DNA from: Syntrophorhabdaceae bacterium
Lineage (GTDB): Bacteria > Desulfobacterota > Syntrophorhabdia > Syntrophorhabdales > Syntrophorhabdaceae
NCBI GenBank assembly: GCA_963666485.2
Contig: CAXXUO010000002.1
Coordinates: 96,001 to 160,000 of the forward strand
Reading direction: 5' to 3'
DNA: 64,000 nt
The position numbers and the translations under genes are program-made. Positions 11,685 through 22,365 of the stretch are shown here, one piece after another (the stretch's first letter is position 1; the number at the start of each line of letters is the position of its first letter). The notes beneath the pieces are model-generated. The model saw only the letters and a program-made list of their open reading frames with translations. It was not told where the DNA came from and ran no database searches.

Positions 11685-11710
11685 AGGTTCGATCCCTCTC
11701 GGGCGCGCCA
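11674..11710 (+). repeat. tRNA-Arg 3' fragment, att-like copy 3
   Basis: CCAAAGGTTAGAGGTTCGATCCCTCTCGGGCGCGCCA, identical to the corresponding 37 bp of copy 2. Confidence 0.9.
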
Positions 11711-11785
11711 ATGACATCGAGGGTTCAAGAGCAACACTCAGAAAAAGGCTCTCTCTCCTTCAACAGTGTCCCGAGCATAAAGCCA

Positions 11786-11810
11786 GAAAAAGCCCCGGAT
11801 GAACCGGGGC
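11786..11810 (-). terminator. Rho-independent terminator of the pentapeptide gene
   Basis: GCCCCGG-ATGAA-CCGGGGC hairpin followed on the minus strand by a T-run. Confidence 0.7.
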
Positions 11811-11822
11811 CTTTCATTATTC

Positions 11823-12278
11823 CTAGCGACAAACACCGATCGAATTCGGACCGCACTTTTTTCCGTCCGTCCATGTCGCGCCCGTTAAAACCGCATCAGT
11901 CAAATCTGCAGTACCCAGGAGAGCACCTGTTAGGTTTGCCCCGGTCAGAACAGCCCCCCTAAATTTTGTTTGGTTAACCATGGCACCGGCCAGGTTCGCG
12001 TTCATCAGGGCTGCGCCGCTGAAATCTGCTCTGTCAAGCTGTGCATTCTGGAAACTTACATTCATCAGGGATGCCCCTTTGAGGTTTGAATTAGCCATAC
12101 TGTTGGTGCCAAAATTCAAACCAACCAGGCATGCCCCGCTCAGGTCACAGTTCAGGCAGGAAGTGCCACCCCTTTTTACTTTGTCGAAATCGGCCTGATT
12201 AAATGCCATCGTCTTTGTAGCAGCCATTGCCATTACCACTAATGCTAAGACAACCAGTACAAATTTTTTCATCCGCAC
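11823..12278 (-). CDS. Secreted pentapeptide-repeat protein
   Basis: Signal peptide; CLNCDLSGA followed by A(N/D)L.G repeats; GATWTDGKKC terminus. Confidence 0.9.
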   Translation of the reverse strand: MRMKKFVLVVLALVVMAMAATKTMAFNQADFDKVKRGGTSCLNCDLSGACLVGLNFGTNSMANSNLKGASLMNVSFQNAQLDRADFSGAALMNANLAGAMVNQTKFRGAVLTGANLTGALLGTADLTDAVLTGATWTDGKKCGPNSIGVCR

Positions 12279-12398
12279 CTCCCTGATTCCGATTATGGAT
12301 CATCTCGTTACAGAGGCCAATAGAATTCGGGCCATTGACGCATACCATCCTCCGTCTTTTTTGGGCTTCTGCCGGTTGTCACACGGTCTGTCTACCAT

Positions 12399-12446
12399 GT
12401 AATCAGACTTAACATAATTATCAGATAACATGTTAAGTATGATTAC
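12399..12446. repeat. 48-bp AT-rich inverted repeat
   Basis: GTAATCAGACTTAACAT...ATGTTAAGTATGATTAC, 17-bp arms with 1 mismatch; inner TTATC-A-GATAA palindrome. Confidence 0.8.
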
Positions 12447-12467
12447 GGGACATGCGGGATCTTATGC

Positions 12468-12762
12468 ATGACCGATCTCAGGAGCGCGATGGCGGATGCT
12501 TCGCTTCAGCGTATCCTGATAGCAAAGGATCTGGCGACAGCAGGAATCGTTTCGGTCACGATGGATGACACCCTGAACACCGCGCTGAAGCTGATGGCTG
12601 AAATAAACGTACGGGAACTCCCCGTCGTCAGCGGCAAAGATTCCCTGAACATCGCTGCGATGATCAGCAGAAAAGACATCACCCGCGCATATCACATCGA
12701 AATAGAGCGGAAAAAATCCGTAGCCGGATTATCGGACCAATATTTCCCTCTTTCTCGTAAGC
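12468..12762 (+). pseudogene. CBS-domain C-terminal fragment (chloride-channel-like tail) running into tRNA fragment copy 4
   Basis: ILIAKDLAT..VSVTMDDTLNTALKLM..ELPVV..MISRKDITRAY; single CBS remnant without the rest of the gene. Confidence 0.65.
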
Positions 12763-12802
12763 CGAATCCGAAGTTTAGAGGTTCGATCCCTCCCGGGCGT
12801 GC
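12763..12802 (+). repeat. Degenerate tRNA-Arg 3' fragment, att-like copy 4
   Basis: CGAATCCGAAGTTTAGAGGTTCGATCCCTCCCGGGCGTGC, 4 substitutions relative to copy 1. Confidence 0.85.
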
Positions 12803-12840
12803 TTGATCTTACGAGTTCAAAGAAAACATTTCCGTAAGGG

Positions 12841-13344
12841 TCAATTTTGCTTTGTCAGCATGAAGGTGCGGTGCTTGGGCAGGCTTGGGTCCCGACGCCT
12901 CTGGGAAGCCCAATGAATCACGGCAATACAGATGTAAAAGAAATAGAATATCACAGTCATAAGTATCCGGCTGTCCCTGAATTCGAAAAGATCACCATTG
13001 CTATCAAAATAGATATTCACGGGAACATTCATATCGAGAACCTCTTTTATGGCAACAATATTCTTGAATGACCTGTTCACCTCTGCATTAATTTTATCGA
13101 TCCCTCCGCTGGTTGCTGATCTGGGGTACGCAATATATGTCACCGAAATGCCGCCACCCGATACGGCGGTATCCTTACATATGACTTCCGCTATCATGGC
13201 CTTCCGAATATATTTGATCTTTTCGCGAGCATCAAACTCCGGCCCAACGATCTGTCCCAATATGGCCAGGCCGATTATAACCAACCCGTGGTTTATTATA
13301 CGTTTGGTCCCGGGTGTCATGGTGTGAAACACCTGAAAGAGCAC
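12841..13344 (-). CDS. Hypothetical membrane protein (2 TM)
   Basis: 167-aa ORF with two hydrophobic segments. Confidence 0.5.
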   Translation of the reverse strand: MLFQVFHTMTPGTKRIINHGLVIIGLAILGQIVGPEFDAREKIKYIRKAMIAEVICKDTAVSGGGISVTYIAYPRSATSGGIDKINAEVNRSFKNIVAIKEVLDMNVPVNIYFDSNGDLFEFRDSRILMTVIFYFFYICIAVIHWASQRRRDPSLPKHRTFMLTKQN

Positions 13345-13678
13345 ATATACGTTTTTACGAAACGCCCCGCGTATGTAACCAGGCCTTTCCCGGTTAATAT
13401 ATCACAATGATCTGTTTAGAAAATGATATATATATTCAAATATTACGTCAACAGTTTTATGGAGTTGACGCCGCAAAAGTGGTTTCTTTGCCTGGCCGGT
13501 CGGGATAGTTTCTCCTTGCCGCATCCCTTTATTTCGGGCAAACTTTTACCGTGTAAGACTGTCGGGGAACGCAACCCTCGCCGGCCCCCGTCACCGATGC
13601 CAAAGGACGCTGCATGAAACGGAAAGTACCGGAGGAACCAAAGTCAATGTGCGAAGAAAGGATCAGGAGCCTGTTGCA

Positions 13679-14008
13679 ATGTGGACAATAAATGAGAAAA
13701 CGTGCATCATACTCATCCTTCTCGGGTTAACAGTGGTCGCTGTTTCCATTCCTCTTTACCTGGGAAAGGTAAAGCGGAATGCCGCTTACGGGTTCAGGAT
13801 ACGGAAAGCCCTCGAATCTGATCAGAATTGGTACCGGATTAACCGGTACGGCGCAATATCACTTATTGTATGGGCGATATGCCTCATGGCCGCCGGGATC
13901 ATTTGCCTGTCCGTTCCTCCGGACTATGTGTTGATGGCGGCAAAGGCCTGCTTTGTCTCCATCATTGTCCCGATACTCCTGACGATAGCCTTTGCCAGGA
14001 GGATGTGA
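13679..14008 (+). CDS. SdpI/YhfL family membrane protein
   Basis: VKRNAAYGFRI..ALESDQNWYRINRYG signature, 3 TM segments; AGGAG RBS. Confidence 0.8.
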   Translation: MWTINEKTCIILILLGLTVVAVSIPLYLGKVKRNAAYGFRIRKALESDQNWYRINRYGAISLIVWAICLMAAGIICLSVPPDYVLMAAKACFVSIIVPILLTIAFARRM

Positions 14009-14166
14009 CTGTGAGGTTTTTGTACATCTAACAGGAGAGAGCGAAAGGTAATACCGTAGAAGATGTCACGCCCCTTCCCCGGGGTCCAACGGCCGTGAGG
14101 ACGCGGTCCGGGAAGTATTAATTTATTATTTTTCTCTCAGTATTTGAAAGTATAGTAATATTAAAA

Positions 14167-17100
14167 ATGGGGGAAGGCGGGACATTGATCGCTGACAAGG
14201 CCAAAACGAAAAAGCAGCTGCTCGATGAGATAGCGGAGTTGCGCCGGCGCAATGCCGAACGGGAAGCGGCGAACTTTCAGCTTCAGCGGTCCGAGGAACG
14301 CCTCCGGCGTGTATCGGACGCGGGCCGCATCGGATTCTTTGAGTGGAACGCCACTACGGACACGTCGTACCTGAGTCCCCAGCATTATGACATTTTCGGC
14401 TGGGAACCGGGAAGTCCGGTAGATTTTGAACGATGGCTCAGCACGGTCCATCCCGATGATCGTGAACGGGTAACCGTGAACGCGCGGGAGCGGCTCGAAC
14501 AGGCGAGGGCCGGCGGCCGCACTGAAGTACAAAGGGACGAGTACCGCATACTGCGCGATGACGGCGGGCTGCGGTGGATGGAAGCTGAGTATGATGTCGA
14601 ACTAGTTCAAAATGAGATCATCCTGCGGGGTGCTGTCCGGGATATCACCGAGCGGAAGCGGATGGAAGAGACTGTCCGGCGCGAGAGTGACCTGCTCCGG
14701 TCCGTAATGAACGGTACCCGCAACGTACACCTTGTCTGCCTTGACACGGAATTCAATTTTGTCAGGGTCAACGAGGCCTACGCTTCGACCTGTGGTTTCC
14801 GGCCCGACGAAATGATCGGCAAGAACCACTTTGCCCTCAATCCGAATCCCGAGATCGAGGCTATATTCGCCCGGGTCAGGGACACGGGGGAACCTTTCGA
14901 GACCCGCGACAAGCCCTTCATCTTCCCCGACCAACCGGAGAGGGGGGTAACCTACTGGGACTGGACCCTTACCCCTGAGACGGACACGCAAGGCGGGGTG
15001 ACCGGCCTCGTCTTCGCCCTGGTGGAGACAACGAACCGCAAGCGGACCGAAGAAAAGCTTCGCGAAAGCGAGGAAAAATACCGCAGGCTGTTTACGGAAG
15101 CCGGACTGGGAATATTCCATTCAACCTTCGACGACCGGTTCATCGATCTCAACCACGCCCTGGCGCAGATGCTGGGGTACAACTCGCCCGAAGAGGTTAT
15201 GGAGGCTATTCACAGTATTTCCGAACAGATCTACGTCGACCACCCGCGCAGAGATTCTATCCTCGAGCAGGTCCTTGCGGAAGGGAAGACGGTAACCACC
15301 GAGAACCGGTATTACCGTAAATCCGGGGAAATTTGGCCGGCCCGCCTTCACGTCCGGCAGGTATCCGATGATACCGGAAAGCCGGCGTACCTCGAAGGGT
15401 TCGTGGAGGATATCACGGAATATAAGAGGATGGAGCGGCAGTTGAGGGAACAGGACCTTTTTCTTTCGTCCGTCGCGAAAACCTCTCCTGCCATCGTGTA
15501 CGTATATGACATGGAAACGGGAAGCAATGTTTACATCAGCGAGGCAATAGAATCAATACTGGGTTATTCGCCCGCCGCGGTACAGGCCCTGGGCGGTGAG
15601 CTGTTTGCCCGTATCATACATCCTGAGGACCTTCCCCCGGTGATCGACTTCCAGTCGAAGGTCGAACGTGCCAACGACAACGACATACTGGAGAACGAAT
15701 ACCGCGCACGACACGCGGACGGGTCGTGGCGTGTCCTGCGTTCCCGCGAACGGCCCTTCCTGAGAAATGCGGACGGTTCGGTGAAGCAGAAGATCGGCAT
15801 TGCTGTGGATATCACGGAACACAAACGGGCAGAACAGGCGCTGCGTGCAAGCGAGGAAAACTGGCGGAGGCTTGTCGAGGTCTTCCCTGAATGCATTTTG
15901 GTGCATGGGGAAGGAGTCGTTCGCTACGTGAATGCTGCCGGCGCCCGCCTCCTCGGATGCACCTCACCCGACGAGGCCGTAGGCCGCTCAATATGGGATA
16001 TCGTACCGAAGGACAGGCTGGCAACGGGAAAAGCGCGCGTTCGCTCCGTCGAAAGGGACGGGGTTCCAACGCCGCCCATGGAGTTGGATTTTGTTCGTTT
16101 CGATGGCAGCACGTTCATGGGAGAGATATGTTCTCCGGGACATTACCGAGCGCAAGCAGATGGAGGAGGGCCTCCGCAGGTCCCGTGACGAACTGGAGAG
16201 GCGCGTAACCGAAAGGACGGAGGAAATAAAACATCTCGCCGAGGCGGTGAACAATGCCCTCGACGGCGTTATCCTCGCGCACGGCTATACGATCTTCTAT
16301 GCCAACCCGGCCTTTACGAGGATCACCGGGTACTCGGAGCAGGAACTGATGAATAAAAATGCCTCCCTGTTCAGGAGCGACGAGGTCCCTGCTTCATTCT
16401 ACGAGGACATCAGAAAGCGCATAGTGGCGGACAAGGCGTGGACCGGCATATACCCGTCAAAAAGAAAGGATGGGACCCCGATCTATCTTCAGCTCCAGGC
16501 GTCGGTTATCGAGGCCACTTCGGTAACCGTATTCATATGCCATGACGTGACCGAAAAATTGCAGCTCGAAGAAAAGCTCCGCCAGGCCCACAAGATGGAG
16601 GCCATCGGTACCCTCGCGGGGGGCATCGCCCATGACTTCAACAACATCCTGGCCGCCATCATCGGTTTTACCGAGATGGCCATAGAGGACGTGCCCGACC
16701 GGCCGCTGGTCGGGAAGAACCTCCAGAACGTCATGACATCCGCCATACGGGCACGGGACCTGGTCAAGCAGATCCTTGCCTTCTCGAGAAAGGCCAGCTA
16801 CGAAAGGATACCGGTCGCCCTGTCGCCCATCGTGCAGGAGACGATCAAGCTCCTTCGGGCATCCATTCCCGCCACCGTGGACCTGACACTCTCGATGACG
16901 GCCTCGCGCGACACGGTCATCGCCGCTCCCGTCGAGGTCCAGCAGATCGTCATGAACCTCGCGACGAACGCCCTGCTCGCCCTCCAGGACCGGCAGGGTT
17001 CTCTCGAGATCGCCGTGTCCAACATCGATTTTGAGCCGGATGGCACAACCTGGGGCCGCGTGTCGCGGGAATATATCCAGATCACGATAAAAGACTCCGG

Positions 17101-17704
17101 GGTGGGCATGGCCCCCGGCGTCATGAAAAGGATCTTCGACCCCTTCTTCACCACCCGGGAGGTGGGCAAGGGCTCCGGCATGGGACTCGCGGTCGTCTAC
17201 GGGATAGTGAAAGACTTAGGAGGCGCCATCACCGTGGAGAGCGAGCCGGGAAGGGGCTCGACGTTCAGGGTTTTCCTGCCCGGGGCCGGGGACGCAGTCA
17301 AAGATGAGGGGAAGCAGGCCTCCCTGGTCCGCGGAAACGAACACATCCTTTTTGTCGATGATGAGGCCCTCATTGCTGATTGGGGCAGAGAAGCCCTCAC
17401 GAGACTCGGCTACACGGTGACCACCGTAAAAGACGGCAGGCAGGCCCTTGAGATCTTCTCGGCCAACCCTTCCCTTTTCGACCTCATCATCACCGATCAG
17501 GCCATGCCGCAGATGTCCGGGTCGGACCTCTGCGTCGAGCTCCTGCGCACCAGGAACGACATCCCCATCATCCTGTGCACCGGTCACTCGGAGACGACAT
17601 CGGCGGAAAAAGCCGAACAGTTCGGCGTCCGGGAATTCCTCATGAAGCCCCTCACCCGGCATGAACTGGCATCCGCGGTCCGCAGGGTTCTAGACGCAGT
17701 GTAA
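14167..17704 (+). CDS. Multi-PAS hybrid histidine kinase (HisKA-HATPase-REC); one frameshift near 16130
   Basis: ORF 14167-16188 holds PAS repeats; ORF 16091-17704 has GTLAGGIAHDFNN, FDPFFTT..GSGMGL and receiver ILFVDDE. Confidence 0.9.
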
Positions 17705-17893
17705 AAACAACCTTTCCTTTTGGTGCTGTTTTCCTTGAGTTGACTTAATCAAGAAAACCCGATAAATGCTCCGGCGTTATGCCCGATGGCGGGACAAGAA
17801 GTGAAAATGCGGCAGCCGGTGATATAGACCATCGGAGACCCATGAACATTCCTGAATAGCAACAATATTACCCCGTATTGTCATTCACGATCG

Positions 17894-20446
17894 ATGTCCG
17901 ATTTTATCGTGAATAATCTTCTGGGCAGATCCTTTCAGCTTATATATACTATTCGGAAACAGGCAGATATGATCGTTCTGATATTCGCTCTGATCTTGAT
18001 TATAGCCTTGCTCGCCGGAATTCTGGTCCGCCGGAGGTCCGCCATGCTTTCTGTCCAAAAAGCCCTGACGGAGCATGCGGTCTTCGAAGAGATTCTCGAG
18101 AAGTTATCCCGGACTTTCGTCAATATTCCCCCGGAAGAGGTGGATGGCGCTATCGACGGAGCGATCCAGATGACATGCGACCGCCTGGGTTTTGATATCG
18201 GCCTCCTGTGGGAATGGACCGGAGACGAACCGGGATTTCTCACGCCAACGCACATTTACCGGCCATTCGGGGGGCCTGATGTACCCCCGGGAATGGATGC
18301 CGATGTTGTCTTTCCCTGGTGCCTGGGTGAAATGAAGGCAGGCAGAACCGTCGCGATATCCGCGGATAGATCGCCTCCCGAAGCATCACGGGACCGGGAG
18401 TCCTGGAAGCATTACGGCATCAAGAGTACACTGGCCATCCCCTTGTCCACGGGGAACAGCCCTTTCGTCGGGGTCCTGAGCTTCAATACGACGCGGGATG
18501 ATCATCCGTGGTCCGCGGACATCATGACGAAGCTTCAGCTTGTGGCAGAAATATTCGCCAACGCCCTTGTCCGAAAGATCTCGAACCAGGCCCTGCGGGA
18601 GAGTGAGGAAAGGCTCAGTGTCGCGTCCGCCGCCGCAGGGGCCGGTTTATGGATCCTGGACTTGAATACCGGGATCTTTTGGGTTACGCCGAAGGTCATT
18701 GATCTGTTCGGTTTTCCCCCGGGCCTTCCGGTCAGCCTCGATAGTTTCCTGTCGACGGTACATCCCGAGGATCGCACGCGTCTATCGGAGGTGGTGCGCA
18801 ATCTGGCCATGTCGAACGAGGATACACAGGTTGAGTACCGCATCGTCCGTCCCGGCGGCGCCTTACGCTGGGTCTCATCCCGGGGGCGCAGGCAGCTTGG
18901 CCCGCACGGTGAAGCCGTTCGATTGATGGGCATATCGCTTGATATTACCGAGCGAAAAGAGACTGAATCGGCTGCAGAAGAGATCCAGTCCACGATCACC
19001 GCGATCATCGAAAGCACGGAAGACCTGATCTGGTCGGTGGATTGCGAACGATTCGGGCTTTTGACCTTCAATACCGCCCTCGCGGAGTATTTCCGCCGGG
19101 GGACCGGTTTGTCCATCGAGCGGGGCATGAACCCCGATGACCTGGTGAGTGGGAGTTTCACGCCGGCGTTTGCCGCGAAATGGCGGTCGTTCTACGAACG
19201 GGCCCTTCGGGACGGGCCCTACAGTGAAGAATACAGGGTAAGCTCCGCCGACAAGACGCTGCTTCTCTCTTTCTCGATCCTCAAGAGAGAGGGAAAAGCG
19301 TTAGGTGTGTCCGTGTTCGGCAGAGATATCACCGAACGAAAGCGGATGGCCGAGAAGATAGCCGCTGCATCGCGGGAATGGCAGGCCACATTCGACTCGA
19401 TCCCCGATCTCGTCATGATCCTTGACCGGGAACACACGGTGCTGCAGGCCAACAAGGCCGTCAGCTCGTTCCTCGGCATTTCGCCCGAGATGATCATCGG
19501 GCAGTATTGCCACGCATTGATGCATGGAAAGGATCATCAGTCCTGCCCTGTCAAAGTGGTAAACGAAACGAAAAAACATGAAGAGAGAATGATCTACGAG
19601 GAGAGATGGAAAAAATGGCTCGATATCTCCGTCGACCCGATTCTCGACCCGACAGGAAATATTGTACGCATCGTCCATACCATCAAGGATGTTACCGAAC
19701 AAAAAAAGATCGAAGCCGAAGCCCTGGATTCACGCAGGGAAATGCTCAGGATGGAAAGGGTCCTCCGCATGGGAGAACTGACGGCATCGCTCGCCCACGA
19801 ACTCAACCAGCCTCTTACGTCTATCCTGAACAATGCCCGGGCGGCTTTGAGATTTATGGATTCAGGCAACCTGGCCGAGGAAGAGCTCAGGGATATTCTG
19901 AACGATATAGCGCACGACGACAAAAGGGCCGGGGAGATCATCAGAAGCATACGTTCCATGGTAAAACACGAGGATACGGAGAGAGTGTCTGTACCGCTCA
20001 ATGATATCCTGCGGCAGGTGATTTCCCTCTATAACAGTGAAGCCATTATCCGGGGCATTACCGTCGAAGCTTTCTTGACGGATGACCTGCCCGACGTGAA
20101 CATCGATGCAGTTCAGATCCAGCAGGTGCTGACCAACCTCCTGATGAATGCCGCCGAATCTATGCTCGATAAGGATGGCGAGAGAAAGATCTCCTTGAGA
20201 ACCGGCCCCGGCGAAGGCAACAGCGTCCGTCTTGCCCTGAGCGATACCGGGCCGGGAATAGAAGAGAAGAACCTCCGCAGGATATTCGAGCCTTTCTTTA
20301 CGACCAAGCGGTCCGGGCTGGGAATGGGCTTATCGCTCAGCCGCTCGATCATCGAGGCGCACGGGGGTCATATGTGGGCCGAAAACAATACGGACCGGGG
20401 GATGACGTTTTATTTCGATCTTCCCTCCCGCGAAGGTGGAGCATGA
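17894..20446 (+). CDS. GAF-PAS sensor histidine kinase (FixL/NodV-like)
   Basis: TM, GAF, three PAS, MGELTASLAHELNQPL, FEPFFTTK..GLGMGL. Confidence 0.92.
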   Translation: MSDFIVNNLLGRSFQLIYTIRKQADMIVLIFALILIIALLAGILVRRRSAMLSVQKALTEHAVFEEILEKLSRTFVNIPPEEVDGAIDGAIQMTCDRLGFDIGLLWEWTGDEPGFLTPTHIYRPFGGPDVPPGMDADVVFPWCLGEMKAGRTVAISADRSPPEASRDRESWKHYGIKSTLAIPLSTGNSPFVGVLSFNTTRDDHPWSADIMTKLQLVAEIFANALVRKISNQALRESEERLSVASAAAGAGLWILDLNTGIFWVTPKVIDLFGFPPGLPVSLDSFLSTVHPEDRTRLSEVVRNLAMSNEDTQVEYRIVRPGGALRWVSSRGRRQLGPHGEAVRLMGISLDITERKETESAAEEIQSTITAIIESTEDLIWSVDCERFGLLTFNTALAEYFRRGTGLSIERGMNPDDLVSGSFTPAFAAKWRSFYERALRDGPYSEEYRVSSADKTLLLSFSILKREGKALGVSVFGRDITERKRMAEKIAAASREWQATFDSIPDLVMILDREHTVLQANKAVSSFLGISPEMIIGQYCHALMHGKDHQSCPVKVVNETKKHEERMIYEERWKKWLDISVDPILDPTGNIVRIVHTIKDVTEQKKIEAEALDSRREMLRMERVLRMGELTASLAHELNQPLTSILNNARAALRFMDSGNLAEEELRDILNDIAHDDKRAGEIIRSIRSMVKHEDTERVSVPLNDILRQVISLYNSEAIIRGITVEAFLTDDLPDVNIDAVQIQQVLTNLLMNAAESMLDKDGERKISLRTGPGEGNSVRLALSDTGPGIEEKNLRRIFEPFFTTKRSGLGMGLSLSRSIIEAHGGHMWAENNTDRGMTFYFDLPSREGGA

Positions 20447-21066
20447 ACGAAGAAGGACCGACCATTTTCATTATTGATGACGACGCTTCGGTACGTAAAA
20501 GCCTCTCAAGGCTCCTCAAGTCACACAGGCTGGCGGTAGAGACCTTCGCTTCGGCGGAACAGTTTCTCGGGCGCGAGGTGTACGGCGGGAACGGCTGCAT
20601 CATTCTCGACGTCAGAATGCCGGGATTGAGCGGCATTGCCCTCAGGGACGAATTGACGAGAACCGGCTGCCGGATGCCCATCATCTTCATAACCGGCCAC
20701 GGCGATATCCCCATGGGTGTGGATGCAATGAAAAAAGGGGCGTACGATTTCCTTGCGAAGCCTTTCGAAGAGGAGCAGCTCGTGGACGCCGTGCGTGGCG
20801 CCCTCGAAAAAAATGCGCAGGACATGGCCAGCCGTATTGAATCGGAAACCGTGAAAAGCCTCACCGACCGGCTGACCCCGAGGGAAAAAGAGGTTCTCCC
20901 CTATATTATCGCCGGTTTTCTGAACAAGCAGATCGCCTTCAAGCTCAACATCGCCGAAAAGACCGTCAAGGTCCATCGGGGCCATATCATGGAAAAGCTT
21001 GGCGCGGGCTCTGTTGCGGAACTCGTTCGTCTTACCGACAAGGCAAATATCAAGCCAATTGAATAG
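20443..21066 (+). CDS. FixJ/NodW-like response regulator (REC + LuxR HTH)
   Basis: IIDDDASVR, LDVRMPG, FITGHGD, LTPREKEV, LNKQIA..TVKVHRG; ATGA overlap with the kinase. Confidence 0.93.
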   Translation: MNEEGPTIFIIDDDASVRKSLSRLLKSHRLAVETFASAEQFLGREVYGGNGCIILDVRMPGLSGIALRDELTRTGCRMPIIFITGHGDIPMGVDAMKKGAYDFLAKPFEEEQLVDAVRGALEKNAQDMASRIESETVKSLTDRLTPREKEVLPYIIAGFLNKQIAFKLNIAEKTVKVHRGHIMEKLGAGSVAELVRLTDKANIKPIE

Positions 21067-21081
21067 ATGGCCGTAAAGGGC

Positions 21082-21164
21082 CGTAAGGCGTAAGGCGTGA
21101 GCGCGTAAGGCGTAAGGCGTGAGCGCGTAAGGCGTAAGGCGTGAGCGCGTAAGGCGTAAAGGCG
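21082..21164 (+). repeat. Tandem repeat, 22-bp unit CGTAAGGCGTAAGGCGTGAGCG x3 plus partial
   Basis: Units start at 21082, 21104 and 21126, partial at 21148; built from CGTAAGG heptamers. Confidence 0.95.
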
Positions 21165-21185
21165 CCCAGCCCCTCGCTCATCGCC

Positions 21186-21212
21186 GTCATCCCGGGCTTG
21201 ACCCGGGACCCA
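21186..21212. repeat. REP-like palindrome
   Basis: GTCATCCCGGGCTTGACCCGGGACCCA hairpin in intergenic DNA. Confidence 0.6.
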
Positions 21213-21281
21213 AGGTTCTGCCCTTTTGTAACATCGGTATCAACCTCTAACCCTTCAGGATTCTGCGTCTTTCCCCACGTG

Positions 21282-21304
21282 TACGACCAAGGTCCAATAG
21301 ACGA
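21282..21304 (+). promoter_or_regulatory. Putative operator copy 1
   Basis: TACGACCAAGGTCCAATAGACGA, 22/23 identical to 24529-24551; both copies lie upstream of operon starts. Confidence 0.6.
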
Positions 21305-21367
21305 CTGCGTTCCCGTTATTTATCATACATATACAAATGAGAAGCCTCTCCCTAAATAAGGACAGGA

Positions 21368-21757
21368 ATGGATAGAAGAATAAAAAGCATGGTCTATGTT
21401 ATCGACGACGATGCGTCGGTCAGGAAGGCTTTCGGCAGGCTTATGCGGTCGGCAAATATCCGGGCCGAGATATTTTCATCCCCTGATGAATTTTTCCGCA
21501 CGGACAGGAAAGAGGGCACTGCCTGCATTCTCCTGGATATCAGTATGCCCGGGATAACAGGCTTCGAATTTATGCAGGTCATGGCGGCGGAAAAGATAGA
21601 TATGCCCGTCATCGTTGTCTCCGCAAGCGACGACGTGCGCATCAGGGAACGCGCAAAAGAGTTGGGGGCCGTGGCCTTTTTTCGAAAACCCGTCGATGAT
21701 CAGGCCCTTCTGGATGCTATCTGGTGGGCCGTTTCAGGAGCGAAGGAAAGGGCATGA
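21368..21757 (+). CDS. Single-domain response regulator
   Basis: VYVIDDDASVR, LLDISMPG, FFRKPVD. Confidence 0.9.
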   Translation: MDRRIKSMVYVIDDDASVRKAFGRLMRSANIRAEIFSSPDEFFRTDRKEGTACILLDISMPGITGFEFMQVMAAEKIDMPVIVVSASDDVRIRERAKELGAVAFFRKPVDDQALLDAIWWAVSGAKERA

Positions 21758-21784
21758 CCTTCCGGTTTTCATAGGAACGAAACA

Positions 21785-22297
21785 ATGAGTATGATGCAAA
21801 AACTGAAAAACGAGATCAAAGAGGTCGGATTGGCGGCCGTCTACTTTTTGACCTGGATCGGTTCCCTCGTTCTGATCAAGACCCTTATCCTGGACGAATA
21901 CAGGATAGAGTTCCACGGGCTTTCCCTTGCCATTCTCGGCGCACTTATCCTGGCGAAAGTTGTCATCGTGCTGGAATATGTTCCCGTGGGCAACTGGACC
22001 CGGGATAAAGCCGTGATCTGGGACGTCCTTCTCCGTACGCTCCTCTACAGCGCGGGCGTGTTCCTCGTTATCGTCCTGGAAAAATCGTTTGAAGGCCGCC
22101 GTCTCCATGGCGGTTTCATTCCCTCTCTTATCTTCGTGTTCCGATCCGCCAATATGCCCCATGTTTGGGCGAACGTGGTCTGTCTCTCGGGGGCTCTCCT
22201 CGGGTACAACATACTGTCTGTACTGCGCAACCATCTTGGAAGGGCCGGACTTATCAAGATCTTTACAAGCCCGGCACAATGGAATGAATACAAATGA
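21785..22297 (+). CDS. Conserved hypothetical membrane protein
   Basis: Four hydrophobic segments, operonic spacing. Confidence 0.7.
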   Translation: MSMMQKLKNEIKEVGLAAVYFLTWIGSLVLIKTLILDEYRIEFHGLSLAILGALILAKVVIVLEYVPVGNWTRDKAVIWDVLLRTLLYSAGVFLVIVLEKSFEGRRLHGGFIPSLIFVFRSANMPHVWANVVCLSGALLGYNILSVLRNHLGRAGLIKIFTSPAQWNEYK

Positions 22298-22365
22298 GGT
22301 TGAGGCTCAAACTTCAGCATGAAAGAAGAAAACCCCATAATTTTATTTAATACAGGAGGCATGCC

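Noticed and set aside
14030..14142. Glycine riboswitch (GGAGAGA...CTCTCAG)
   Set aside because: The core GCCGAAG/GCAA elements and pairing are missing, and the downstream gene is unrelated.
21082..21164. CRISPR array
   Set aside because: Repeats are contiguous with no spacers, and no cas genes are present.
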